From the NCBI GenBank assembly GCA_934089255.1, contig CAKOJI010000001.1, forward strand, positions 14,572 through 78,571: a DNA stretch of 64,000 nt, given 5' to 3'. A program made the position numbers and the translations under genes. Shown here piece by piece: positions 41,574 through 51,511 of this stretch. Every line of letters starts with the position of its first letter. Within the stretch, counting starts at the first letter, position 1. Source of the stretch: an uncultured Bacilli bacterium. Its GTDB lineage: Bacteria; Bacillota_I; Bacilli_A; RF39; UBA660. The notes under the pieces were generated by a model. The model had not been told where the DNA came from. It saw only the letters and a program-made list of their open reading frames with translations, and did not search any database.

Positions 41574-42197
41574 TTATTCTTTATTTATTAATACACCAAC
41601 ATAAACCGTTTGTGTTTCATTATTATTTTTTGTGCACGTAATTAACGTTACATTAGATTTATCTTTATATCTTTTTATTTCTACTTCTCCAGTTTTTGGT
41701 ACTTCATAGATATTCCCTATTTGATAAGTATATTTAATATTATTATATTCTATAATAACTACATCCCCAACAGATAAATTATGTAATTTATTAAAATATG
41801 AAACACTAGAATTACCAGAATGTGCTGCAAATATAACATTACCATTTTCTGTATCAGGATAATCTGATGCACTTAATATACTTATATTTTTATTTATAGT
41901 ATTATATGGACTATCTTTTTTAGTAAAACCTTTTTTTAAATTTATTTTAGGTATAGATAGATACCCAATATAAACACTCTCATTATTTTCATTAAAACTA
42001 TAACTAGTATCTGGTTTATCCCCTGAATTATTCTCATTTAATGATATATCATCATTACTAATTGGTTCATTATAATATAATTCATTCATATAGTCATATA
42101 CCATAATTTTCTTCTCTTTAAAATACTCAGAACCAAAAATTACTATTCCAACTATAAGAATTATAAAACTAAATATTATTTTTAGATTTCTTGACAT
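41574..42197 (-). CDS. sortase-fold transpeptidase-like protein (His and TLITC Cys present, canonical Arg not evident)
   Basis: N-terminal TM anchor; YIGYLSIPKINLKKGF beta-strand; FAAHSG His; VTLITC catalytic Cys motif. Overlaps upstream substrate gene by 29 nt. Confidence 0.6.
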   Translation of the reverse strand: MSRNLKIIFSFIILIVGIVIFGSEYFKEKKIMVYDYMNELYYNEPISNDDISLNENNSGDKPDTSYSFNENNESVYIGYLSIPKINLKKGFTKKDSPYNTINKNISILSASDYPDTENGNVIFAAHSGNSSVSYFNKLHNLSVGDVVIIEYNNIKYTYQIGNIYEVPKTGEVEIKRYKDKSNVTLITCTKNNNETQTVYVGVLINKE

Positions 42198-43848
42198 TTA
42201 ATATTACCAAATATAAACCAGTACTTATTACTATAGCTCCTACAATATATTTTAAAGTTGCATTTAAACTAGTTATAGGACAATCAATAACATTACTTAA
42301 CCACTCTACAGTAGTTGTAGTATTAACTTCATTAGTTATTTCTATATCTTCATCATCTACATAATATGTATTATTTTCTTCATCATATTTTATATCATTA
42401 TTATTATCATCAATAATAGTATCTTGATAATTCTTTTTAGATAAACTTATACTATTTGCAAACACATAATCATCTTCATATTTTACTAATAAAGAGCCAT
42501 TATTAGTTACTTTAAAATATAATTTATCTATTTTATTTTTAGTATCAATAATATAATAAATTCCTTCTGTTAATTCAATTTCATAATTAGTATTATTACT
42601 TCTATAACTATTAACTAAAACTCCAGAATTAGAATAAATTTTTATAATATTAGCACTATCATCTAAATCATTATATATGTTAATTTTTCTTTTTTTATCT
42701 TCTTCATTATTATTTATATTACTATTTTCTTTAACATCAACATATTGAATACTATTTGTATCTTTTACTTCAAATTTTGTCTTAGTTGGTAAATTATAAT
42801 TATTAGTATTAGTTTTATTTACTAAAGTATAAACTCCTTTACCTAATACATTTTTTAATTCTACATAATTATTTCTAGTAGTAAAAGTTTGTACTAAATT
42901 ATCACTATAACAAGTACTATTAGTACAGTCACCACTATATATATTGTATGTTAAACCACTTATAAAATTTTCATTATCATTTAGAATACTAATTCTAACA
43001 TTAGTACTACCAATTCCTTTTATATTAGCAGGGATACTTGCTTCCACGTTATTATAATTATTAGTATAGACTCTACCATATATTACACTATCATTACCAT
43101 AATTTGAATAACTATAAGTAGTATTATTATAAGCACTTCCGCTACTATAAATTTCAAAATCTTTTTCATTTATAGTAGTTAAACTTGAAACAGGTATTCT
43201 AACTTGGAATGATCCTTCTCCGTTACTACTTACTGTATTATTAATTATTGAACTACTTGTTGGAGCATTGTATAGACTAACACTTGGAGTATTTCTTAAA
43301 TTATTTGTTCTAACATTAATTACATTTGAATAATAATAGTTTCCATTTTTCGTAAATGTTACATCTTTATTTATGAAATCAATAGTACTATTATTTTTTC
43401 CATATATTTTAGCATCATTAAATAACTTATTTATAAAATAACAAAAAGTATCTGTAGTATTAGAAGAAATAGTTTCTTTTAAAGTACTACTTATATTATT
43501 AGTTCCCTTTAAATAATCTTGATACATAAGTATAGCAGCTTGTGCTATATAATAATTTTTGTAACTACTATTTGTTACATTACTATTATTGATTATATAA
43601 GTAAATCCTGGATCTGTTACTACTGCATTAGTTAATGTAGTGCTTGTATTAAAATATGTACCATAATTTAATACATAAACATTATAACCACTAGCTTGAT
43701 TATAATAAATAGGTAACCCACTTATATACTCATAACTATTACCTGTATTATAAACAGATATACTATTTGGATAACTTGCCGCATTTACTGAAGTTGCAAA
43801 ACATATTATAGATAATATGCTTAATAAAATTTTAGAAAATCTTTTCAT
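42169..43848 (-). CDS. secreted Asn/Tyr/Ser/Thr-rich surface protein with C-terminal TM + KKSK tail
   Basis: Sec signal ...ATSVNA|AS. C-terminus ...CPITSLNATLKYIVGAIVISTGLYLVILNVKKSKNNI has sorting-signal architecture but no LPXTG. AGAGGTG RBS before MKRFSKILL. Confidence 0.6.
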   Translation of the reverse strand: MKRFSKILLSILSIICFATSVNAASYPNSISVYNTGNSYEYISGLPIYYNQASGYNVYVLNYGTYFNTSTTLTNAVVTDPGFTYIINNSNVTNSSYKNYYIAQAAILMYQDYLKGTNNISSTLKETISSNTTDTFCYFINKLFNDAKIYGKNNSTIDFINKDVTFTKNGNYYYSNVINVRTNNLRNTPSVSLYNAPTSSSIINNTVSSNGEGSFQVRIPVSSLTTINEKDFEIYSSGSAYNNTTYSYSNYGNDSVIYGRVYTNNYNNVEASIPANIKGIGSTNVRISILNDNENFISGLTYNIYSGDCTNSTCYSDNLVQTFTTRNNYVELKNVLGKGVYTLVNKTNTNNYNLPTKTKFEVKDTNSIQYVDVKENSNINNNEEDKKRKINIYNDLDDSANIIKIYSNSGVLVNSYRSNNTNYEIELTEGIYYIIDTKNKIDKLYFKVTNNGSLLVKYEDDYVFANSISLSKKNYQDTIIDDNNNDIKYDEENNTYYVDDEDIEITNEVNTTTTVEWLSNVIDCPITSLNATLKYIVGAIVISTGLYLVILNVKKSKNNI

Positions 43849-43877
43849 ATCACACCTCTTTTTTCTATTTGGCACCT

Positions 43878-43905
43878 ATTATACACGTTTTTTATAAAAA
43901 TGCAA
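43878..43905 (-). promoter_or_regulatory. sigma-A-like promoter for surface-protein/sortase operon
   Basis: Minus strand TTGCAT-16nt-TG-TATAAT, ~30 nt upstream of the start. Confidence 0.4.
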
Positions 43906-44351
43906 GTTTTTCCATATACTCAAGAATTTAAATAAATTTTAGAATTAAATAATAATATTAAAAGAAAACTTCATCGTTTTATGAAACTATTCTACATTTT
44001 CAACTTGAATCATTTATTATTCACCATCCAAAAGCAAAAAACATTTTCACTACTTTTGTGTTCTTAACTTTATAACGACTTGTATCGCAATTTATTTTAA
44101 AATGTTTTAATATATTTTCCAATCAATTAACTCAATATTTTTTTAAGTATTTTTTAAAATAGGGCTCTATCCGAAAATAGACCCCTTACAAAAATGATTT
44201 AACATTTTTTTCTTACATAGATAATATATTATAAATATATTTCTATATCAAAAATTGTTCAGAACCCTACTGATAAATTTAACAAATCAGATACGATATT
44301 TAACATAAAATTTCTCCATTTCTTCATCGCACAATATCTATTTTTATAGTT

Positions 44352-44396
44352 AAAAAAAGATTAAGACATAAATTTTTACATTTTTTCTTAATCTTT
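44352..44396 (-). terminator. rho-independent terminator after ppdK
   Basis: AAGATTAAGA...TCTTAATCTT hairpin + T-run. Confidence 0.55.
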
Positions 44397-44475
44397 TTAC
44401 TTTTGTTAAATATCATTAACAGAAAATGTATCGAATATTACTAATAAATAGTGATATTTTTAATATTTCATTAAA

Positions 44476-47109
44476 TTACTTTTGACTATTTAACTTTATA
44501 GCAGCTTGAGCAGCAGCAAGTCTAGCAATTGGAACTCTAAATGGAGAACAAGATACATAATCAAGTCCTATATTATGACAGAATTCAACACTTGCTGGAT
44601 CTCCACCATGTTCACCACATATACCAACATGTAAGTTTTCATTAACTGGTTTACCTAACTTAATAGCCATTTCCATTAATTTACCTACACCTTTTTGATC
44701 TAATTTAGCAAATGGATCATTTTCAAAGATTTTAGTATCATAGTAAGCTCCTAAGAATTTACCAGCATCATCTCTTGAAAAACCATAAGTCATTTGAGTT
44801 AAATCATTTGTACCAAAGCAGAAGAAATCAGCGTCTTTAGCAATTTCATCAGCAGTAAGTGCAGCACGTGGTATTTCGATCATAGTACCAACTTTATAAT
44901 CTAATTTAACATTAGCATCTTTAATTTCTTTATCAGCAGTTTCAACTACTATATCTTTAACATATTTTAATTCTTTTTCTTCACAAACAAGTGGAATCAT
45001 TATTTCTGGAACAACTTTCCAATCAGAATGTTTCTTTTGAACATTAATTGCAGCACGAATAACTGCTTTTGTTTGCATTTTTGCAATTTCTGGATAAGTT
45101 ACTGCTAATCTACATCCACGATGTCCCATCATTGGATTTACTTCGTGTAATGAAGATATTAAATTTTTAATATATTCAACACTCTTGCCTTGAGTTTTTG
45201 CAAGTTTTTCTATATCTTCTTCAGTTGTTGGAACAAATTCATGTAGAGGTGGATCTAAGTATCTAATAGTTACTGGACATCCTTCTAATGCTTCGTATAA
45301 TTCTTCAAAATCACCTTGTTGATATGGAAGAATTTTATCTAATGCGGCTTCTCTTTCCTCAACAGTATCAGCACAAATCATTTCTCTACATGCAGCAATT
45401 CTATCACTTTCAAAGAACATGTGTTCTGTACGACAAAGCCCAATTCCTTCAGCACCTAATTCACGAGCTTTTTTAGCATCTTTTGGAGTATCAGCATTTG
45501 TTTTAACTTTTAATGTTCTGAATTCATCAGCCCAAGCCATAACTCTACCAAATTCTCCTGCAATTTTTGCATCAACAGTTTTAATTAAACCATCATAGAT
45601 ATTTCCAGTTGTACCATCTAATGAAATACAGTCACCTTCATGATAAGTTTTACCAGCTAAAGTAAACTTTTTATTTTCTTCATCCATAACTATTTCGCCA
45701 CAACCAGATACACAACAAGTACCCATACCACGAGCAACAACTGCAGCATGACTTGTCATTCCTCCACGAACAGTTAGAATACCTTGACTCGCTTTCATAC
45801 CTGTAATATCCTCTGGAGATGTTTCTAAACGAACTAGAACAACTTTTTCTCCTCTTTCATGCCATACCTCAGCATCTTCAGCAGTAAATACAATCTTACC
45901 ACAAGCAGCACCTGGGGATGCACCTAAACCTTTACCAATAGGAGTAGCTTTCTTTAATTCTGTTGCATCAAATTGTGGATGTAATAATGTATCTAAATTT
46001 CTTGGATCTATCATTGAAACAGCTTCTTCAGGAGTACGCATTCCTTCATCAACTAAATCACAAGCAATTTTTAAAGCAGCTTGAGCAGTTCTTTTACCGT
46101 TTCTTGTTTGTAACATATAAAGTTTTCCATGTTCAACAGTAAATTCCATATCTTGCATATCTCTATAATGACTTTCTAAAGTCTTGCAAACTTCTTTAAA
46201 TTCTTTAAATGCTTCTGGAAATTTTTGTTCCATTTCAGCTATATGCATTGGAGTTCTAACTCCCGCAACAACATCTTCACCTTGCGCATTAGTTAAGAAT
46301 TCACCAAATAAACCTTTTTCTCCAGTTGCAGGATCTCTTGTAAATGCAACACCTGTTCCACAATCATCACCCATGTTACCGAATGCCATTGATTGTACAT
46401 TTACTGCAGTTCCCCATGAATAAGGAATATCATTATCTCTTCTATAAACATTTGCACGAGGATTATCCCAAGATCTAAATACAGCTTTTACAGCACCCAT
46501 TAATTGTTCTTTTGGATCAGTTGGGAACTCACTACCGATTTTAGATTTGTATTCTTCTTTAAATAAACGAGCTAATTCTTTTAAGTCATCAGCATCAAGT
46601 TCAATATCTTGAGTAACTCCTTTTTTCTCTTTCATTTCATCAATAAGTTGTTCAAAGTATTTTTTACCAACTTCCATAACAACATCTGAATACATTTGAA
46701 TAAATCTTCTATAACAATCCCATGCCCATCTTGGATTATTAGATTTTGTAGCAATAGCTTCTACAACTTCTTCATTTAAACCTAAATTAAGAATTGTATC
46801 CATCATACCAGGCATACTAGCTCTAGCACCACTACGAACAGATACTAATAATGGATTTTCTTTATCTCCAAATTTCTTTCCAGTTGTTTCTTCTAATTTT
46901 GTAATGTATTCATTGATTTGTCCTTGAATTTCATCACTAATTTCTCTACCGTCATCATAGTACTTAGTACAAGCTTCAGTAGTAATAGTAAAACCTTGAG
47001 GTACAGGTAAACCAATACTAGTCATTTCTGCTAAATTAGCACCCTTTCCACCTAAAAGGTTTCTCATATCTTTATTTCCTTCTTTAAAGGAATATACATA
47101 TTTTGTCAT
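44476..47109 (-). CDS. ppdK: pyruvate, phosphate dikinase
   Basis: Full-length PPDK (GGKGANLAEM, ...TSHAAVVARGMG... phospho-His region, C-terminal PEP-utilising domain). Higher GC than surroundings, consistent with a highly expressed gene. Confidence 0.9.
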   Translation of the reverse strand: MTKYVYSFKEGNKDMRNLLGGKGANLAEMTSIGLPVPQGFTITTEACTKYYDDGREISDEIQGQINEYITKLEETTGKKFGDKENPLLVSVRSGARASMPGMMDTILNLGLNEEVVEAIATKSNNPRWAWDCYRRFIQMYSDVVMEVGKKYFEQLIDEMKEKKGVTQDIELDADDLKELARLFKEEYKSKIGSEFPTDPKEQLMGAVKAVFRSWDNPRANVYRRDNDIPYSWGTAVNVQSMAFGNMGDDCGTGVAFTRDPATGEKGLFGEFLTNAQGEDVVAGVRTPMHIAEMEQKFPEAFKEFKEVCKTLESHYRDMQDMEFTVEHGKLYMLQTRNGKRTAQAALKIACDLVDEGMRTPEEAVSMIDPRNLDTLLHPQFDATELKKATPIGKGLGASPGAACGKIVFTAEDAEVWHERGEKVVLVRLETSPEDITGMKASQGILTVRGGMTSHAAVVARGMGTCCVSGCGEIVMDEENKKFTLAGKTYHEGDCISLDGTTGNIYDGLIKTVDAKIAGEFGRVMAWADEFRTLKVKTNADTPKDAKKARELGAEGIGLCRTEHMFFESDRIAACREMICADTVEEREAALDKILPYQQGDFEELYEALEGCPVTIRYLDPPLHEFVPTTEEDIEKLAKTQGKSVEYIKNLISSLHEVNPMMGHRGCRLAVTYPEIAKMQTKAVIRAAINVQKKHSDWKVVPEIMIPLVCEEKELKYVKDIVVETADKEIKDANVKLDYKVGTMIEIPRAALTADEIAKDADFFCFGTNDLTQMTYGFSRDDAGKFLGAYYDTKIFENDPFAKLDQKGVGKLMEMAIKLGKPVNENLHVGICGEHGGDPASVEFCHNIGLDYVSCSPFRVPIARLAAAQAAIKLNSQK

Positions 47110-47223
47110 ATCTCTACCCTCCATATTTATCTGACTTATTTAGTATAACAAAACATCAAAAAAAATACAACGATTTAACCCTTTAAATTTTATTTTATAT
47201 AAATCATAGTTCAATAAACTATA

Positions 47224-47256
47224 TATAAAATAAAAATACTGTATTTAAATACAGTT
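47224..47256 (-). terminator. rho-independent terminator after pilin-like gene P4
   Basis: Perfect palindrome ACTGTATTTAAATACAGT followed by T-run on the minus strand. Confidence 0.6.
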
Positions 47257-47263
47257 TTTAATT

Positions 47264-48481
47264 TTAAGAACAATTATTGATTAACTCATAAGGCTCATCT
47301 TTAGTACCTTCACTATTTGTAAAATTATAACAATTTTTCAATTTAATAATTGGCACTATATATAACTTAACATCTTTACAAACGCTATATTCAAACCTTC
47401 TATCTACATTATGTGGATTCACAAATAATAAATCATCATTACCTTCTTCAGCAGATGCAATGTATTGAAATAATGCGTAAGTTCCCACTGATAAAATATA
47501 TTCATCATCATTTTTTGTATATTTACTAAGTAAATCTATTATATAATTTCCATCATTACTATTAGCATTTTTAAGTGTTTCTACATCAATTAGTCCAATA
47601 TTCGTTTCATAAGTTTGATATCTAGTATAAGATGATTTATCTGGCATATATGTTTCAAATACTTTTTGTCTAAATTTTTCAGGATAATTTGAATACTCAT
47701 TTATATATGTATGCCAATTATTATTATAATCAAAATAGGTATCACCAGCTTTGAAAACATCTATACCAGTAACATATTTTATATTTAATTTACTATCATT
47801 TATACTCATATTTGTACATTCTCCTAAAACACTCCAATCATTACTTGTACAACTTTTACTTACAAGTTCTTTGGGAGTTAATTTTATTACACTTTCTTTA
47901 TCATTTGCTATTAAAAAGACATTTCCATTAGTAATTTCTACTATACGCCATAATCTTTCATTTAATTTCACAAAATTTTTAGGATTTTCTCCTTTTGCTA
48001 CATAGTCTTCCTTATTTGTTATAGCATTATTAGAAGAAACGCCATTATCTCTAGGACATATATATATTACTTTGCTACCATCTAGTTCTTTTAAATCCCA
48101 TTTTTTAAACACTTCTATTCCTATAACATTATTTTCACAATCAAATTTTCCAGCTGTTGCTAATACTGCATTAGATAACATAAAGTAATTTTCTTTATAA
48201 TCTACTTTCATATCATCTTTTATTAACCCTTCATTTTTTAATGTTTCCAAAGTTACTAAAGCAGCTTTCGCATTTTTATTTAAATTAGTTGTGATTTCTT
48301 TATGATTTGAAACATAAACTTGTAATGCATTTTCTAACTTTTTTTCATTTGCTTTCAATATATTAATTTCTCTTGTTTTATTAGTTTTTAAAACTACAAC
48401 GGTTACGGAAACACCTATAATTACAATTAAACTAATACATATAATAATTTCAATTAATGTAAAACCTCTTTTATTCTTCAT
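47264..48481 (-). CDS. type IV prepilin-like protein with shared C-terminal module (P4, 405 aa)
   Basis: MKNKRG|FTLIEIIICISLI class III signal. Later ...LNERLWRIVEITNGNVFLIANDKE...EGTKDEPYELINNCS. Confidence 0.7.
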   Translation of the reverse strand: MKNKRGFTLIEIIICISLIVIIGVSVTVVVLKTNKTREINILKANEKKLENALQVYVSNHKEITTNLNKNAKAALVTLETLKNEGLIKDDMKVDYKENYFMLSNAVLATAGKFDCENNVIGIEVFKKWDLKELDGSKVIYICPRDNGVSSNNAITNKEDYVAKGENPKNFVKLNERLWRIVEITNGNVFLIANDKESVIKLTPKELVSKSCTSNDWSVLGECTNMSINDSKLNIKYVTGIDVFKAGDTYFDYNNNWHTYINEYSNYPEKFRQKVFETYMPDKSSYTRYQTYETNIGLIDVETLKNANSNDGNYIIDLLSKYTKNDDEYILSVGTYALFQYIASAEEGNDDLLFVNPHNVDRRFEYSVCKDVKLYIVPIIKLKNCYNFTNSEGTKDEPYELINNCS

Positions 48482-48488
48482 AGTATCC

Positions 48489-48674
48489 CTACTTACTTAT
48501 TTTATTATTTTTTTCTTCAAAATTTATTTCTTTATTTTCTATCTTTTCCTTAACATCAGTAAGTTCTTCTTTATCCATTTCATCTATTACTTCATCTTCT
48601 TTATGTTCTTTTGCTTTTTTTAAAAACAATTCTTTTTCTTCTTCACTTAATATACCATCTTTAAAATTTATCAT
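48489..48674 (-). CDS. acidic 61-aa protein (copy A)
   Basis: MINFKDGILSEEEKELFLKKAKEHKEDEVIDEMDKEELTDVKEKIENKEINFEEKNNKISK; AGAAGGAGAA RBS; 100% identical to 50354..50539. Confidence 0.55.
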   Translation of the reverse strand: MINFKDGILSEEEKELFLKKAKEHKEDEVIDEMDKEELTDVKEKIENKEINFEEKNNKISK

Positions 48675-48714
48675 ACCTATTCTCCTTCTAAAATAATTAT
48701 ACTATATTTATTAT

Positions 48715-48829
48715 TTATTTTCTAGGTATAGTATGTAAATATACTCTTTTTAATTCTTCATTGGACACATGAGTATATATACTAGTAGTAGATAAAGATA
48801 CATGACTTAAAAGTTCTTGAACACTTTTT
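48715..48829 (-). pseudogene. 3'-terminal remnant (38 codons) of tyrosine recombinase gene within a direct repeat
   Basis: Identical (1 mismatch) to the 3' end of the recombinase at 50580..50694; similarity ends abruptly at 48830. Confidence 0.7.
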
Positions 48830-48915
48830 TATTAAAAAATACATATTTCGTAATAGTACGCAAGTATAAAATGATAAAAAAATAAGGTTTTACCTAGGAC
48901 AGCATTTTACTTATT

Positions 48916-50346
48916 TTATTCACTTATGATATATGGATCAGTTTTAGTTCCATTCCCACTTAGAACTTTTATATTATCATTAATAACATAGGCAACTCTA
49001 ACGTATGTATACTGAAGAGCACTATGAACACCATCTTCTCCTGGACTTTCTGCTATATCCACATCGAAAGTTAATTCATCTTCAATACTACCATAATCAA
49101 ATAAATTTAAATAATCAACTTCATATTTTATATGTTTGGGATTATATATACCAGATCTTAAATATTCTTGATATGTAAGTAGTCCAAAATCAGATGATAC
49201 TTTAGTTTCGCTATTGCATTTAAAATTTGTTAAATTATTTTTATTAATATTAGTGTCATAACTATCGCCACACCATTTATAATTTTTATTTATATATTTT
49301 GTTAACATATTTTGTATATTATCTTCATAATGAGTTTTAAGTGGTTTATAAACATATTCATATACAGGACTACTTAATGTTACAGTTTCTTGACAATATT
49401 CCCTACTACTAGTAGTTTCACATACTAAAACTTGTTCTGTACTGTCACTCCAACTTTCTATCTCCTTTGTATCATTGTTTGCTTTACAAGAACATCTCGT
49501 TGATTTATTAGGATAAAGATGAGTTATTGAATATTTAGAAGTATCAATTCTACCATAATTTGAATTTCCACTGTAACTAGTAAAAAAATATACAGAAGCA
49601 CCATTAGTAAGAACATTATTATTAGATAAAAGAATTTTTTCATCTTCAATAATCTTAATACCATCATTCTCAGTAGTTCTAACTATTCTAAATAACTTAT
49701 CTAATCCTTCAAATTTAATATAGTTATTATCAACTTTTCCCTTAAAATAATAAATATCTTCTAAATTTTCATCATCACTAATATTTTTTCCATGTGATAA
49801 ACACAAACTATTAGTTTCTAAACTATTTTCACAGTTAGTATTATATCCTTGTTTTAACATCTTATTAATTAAAAGTGATTCATCACTACTACCACTTTTA
49901 TTAGAATTATAAGGACATAAATAAACTACATTATCTTTTTTTGTTTCCCAATTAACTGTATACTCAAGCACATTAGCTCCACATTCTTTATCTGTAGAAC
50001 CTTTTATAGAATTAGTAATCCAAACTAAATAAGATTTATCATCTTCTAATTTATATTCTTTTTCTAAAGTTTTATATAATTTTTCATCTACATAACCTTT
50101 ATTTACTAATTCACTTACATTAATTCTAGCACCTTTACCACCATTATTTATTCCATACTCATATGTATTTCCTTGATCATCTTTTTCAGTAGCAATATAA
50201 ACATTTGCTGCTTCTAATATTTTCTTAGTTATATTACTATAATCTTTATTTTTAGTAAAAATTACTATACTTATGGTAGATATAATAGCAATTAAACTAA
50301 TACATATAATAATTTCAATTAATGTAAAACCTCTTTTATTCTTCAT
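48916..50346 (-). CDS. type IV prepilin-like protein with shared C-terminal module (P5, 476 aa)
   Basis: MKNKRG|FTLIEIIICISLI; C-terminus YYFKGKVDNNYIKFEGLDKLFRIVRTTENDG...GNGTKTDPYIISE. Confidence 0.7.
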   Translation of the reverse strand: MKNKRGFTLIEIIICISLIAIISTISIVIFTKNKDYSNITKKILEAANVYIATEKDDQGNTYEYGINNGGKGARINVSELVNKGYVDEKLYKTLEKEYKLEDDKSYLVWITNSIKGSTDKECGANVLEYTVNWETKKDNVVYLCPYNSNKSGSSDESLLINKMLKQGYNTNCENSLETNSLCLSHGKNISDDENLEDIYYFKGKVDNNYIKFEGLDKLFRIVRTTENDGIKIIEDEKILLSNNNVLTNGASVYFFTSYSGNSNYGRIDTSKYSITHLYPNKSTRCSCKANNDTKEIESWSDSTEQVLVCETTSSREYCQETVTLSSPVYEYVYKPLKTHYEDNIQNMLTKYINKNYKWCGDSYDTNINKNNLTNFKCNSETKVSSDFGLLTYQEYLRSGIYNPKHIKYEVDYLNLFDYGSIEDELTFDVDIAESPGEDGVHSALQYTYVRVAYVINDNIKVLSGNGTKTDPYIISE

Positions 50347-50694
50347 AGTATCCCTACTTACTTATTTTATTATTTTTTTCTTCAAAATTTATTTCTTTAT
50401 TTTCTATCTTTTCCTTAACATCAGTAAGTTCTTCTTTATCCATTTCATCTATTACTTCATCTTCTTTATGTTCTTTTGCTTTTTTTAAAAACAATTCTTT
50501 TTCTTCTTCACTTAATATACCATCTTTAAAATTTATCATACCTATTCTCCTTCTAAAATAATTATACTATATTTATTATTTATTTTCTAGGTATAGTATG
50601 TAAATATACTCTTTTTAATTCTTCATTGGACACATGAGTATATATACTAGTAGTAGATAAAGATACATGACCTAAAAGTTCTTGAACACTTTTT
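50289..50694. repeat. 406-bp direct repeat copy B
   Basis: See copy A. Confidence 0.85.
50354..50539 (-). CDS. acidic 61-aa protein (copy B)
   Basis: Identical to 48489..48674. Confidence 0.55.
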   Translation of the reverse strand: MINFKDGILSEEEKELFLKKAKEHKEDEVIDEMDKEELTDVKEKIENKEINFEEKNNKISK

Positions 50695-51449
50695 AAATCA
50701 CATCCCTCATTTAATAACATAGTAGCAAAAGAATGTCTAAACGTATGTGGTGTAACTAATAAATCACTACTAGACTTTAATAATACCTTATCAATAATAT
50801 CTCTAACTCCTCTTGTAGTTAATTTATTACCTAAATGATTCACTAATAAATATTCACACTTTTTATTTTTTAAAATAGAATCTCTTACTCTTAAATAATT
50901 ATTCAAACTATCTATAGCATAACTTCCTAAATATACTATACGTTCTTTATTACCTTTACCAAGTACTTTAATTTCTCGATTTGTAATATCAATATTACAT
51001 AATTTTATATTAACAAGTTCATTAACTCTACACCCAGTACAAAGTAATAATTCAAATATACACCTATTCCTCATACCTAAATTACTATTAGTATCTATAC
51101 TATCTAATATCTTAACATATTCATCATATTTAAAATAATTTGGTAACTTTTTTTCTTTACTCATACTATTAACTAATTTAAATGGATTATTTTTAACAGA
51201 TTTATTTTTTATTAAATAATCATAATACATTCTTAAACTACTTAAACTTCTATTTATACTAGATGGTTTATGTGTTTGTTTCAAATAAGATATATAACTT
51301 AAAACATCTTTATATTGAATACTATTATAACTCTTATTAACATTTTTTAAATATTCTTCAAACTTATTAATATCTATCTCATAATTTAATACAGTATTAT
51401 CACTATATTTTTTAATACTAGTTAAATAATTTAAAAATTCTTCTAACAT
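50580..51449 (-). CDS. tyrosine site-specific recombinase (Xer/integrase family), directly upstream of pilin cassettes
   Basis: [39 protein letters not shown] catalytic C-terminus; 289 aa. Confidence 0.8.
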   Translation of the reverse strand: MLEEFLNYLTSIKKYSDNTVLNYEIDINKFEEYLKNVNKSYNSIQYKDVLSYISYLKQTHKPSSINRSLSSLRMYYDYLIKNKSVKNNPFKLVNSMSKEKKLPNYFKYDEYVKILDSIDTNSNLGMRNRCIFELLLCTGCRVNELVNIKLCNIDITNREIKVLGKGNKERIVYLGSYAIDSLNNYLRVRDSILKNKKCEYLLVNHLGNKLTTRGVRDIIDKVLLKSSSDLLVTPHTFRHSFATMLLNEGCDLKSVQELLGHVSLSTTSIYTHVSNEELKRVYLHTIPRK

Positions 51450-51511
51450 ATAATCACTTACCTTAAAATAATTATAATTTAAAAGATAAATTTATGCAAA
51501 TTAAAAGAAAA

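Larger units (their letters stand above)
48424..48829. repeat. 406-bp direct repeat copy A (pilin 5' 58 nt + 61-aa ORF + recombinase 3' end)
   Basis: Matches 50289..50694 at a constant 1865-bp offset, with 1 mismatch. Confidence 0.85.

Noticed and set aside
41574-42197. Possibility that the 207-aa membrane protein is the SipW signal peptidase for the TasA-like paralogs
   Set aside because: It lacks the SGSMEP/Ser-His type I signal peptidase motifs and instead shows the sortase His and TLITC Cys pattern. No sipW candidate was seen in the window.
44161-44190. GGGCTCTATCCGAAAATAGACCCC imperfect inverted repeat downstream of ppdK
   Set aside because: Imperfect stem, no U-tract in either orientation, and the real ppdK terminator is better explained by the 44352..44396 hairpin. 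It could be a regulatory site, but there is no supporting context.
47264-51449. An invertible-promoter shufflon (inverted repeats flanking a promoter)
   Set aside because: The long repeats here are direct, not inverted, and both cassettes are complete co-oriented genes. The evidence favours cassette duplication or exchange rather than an inversion switch, although short inverted recombinase sites cannot be excluded by eye.
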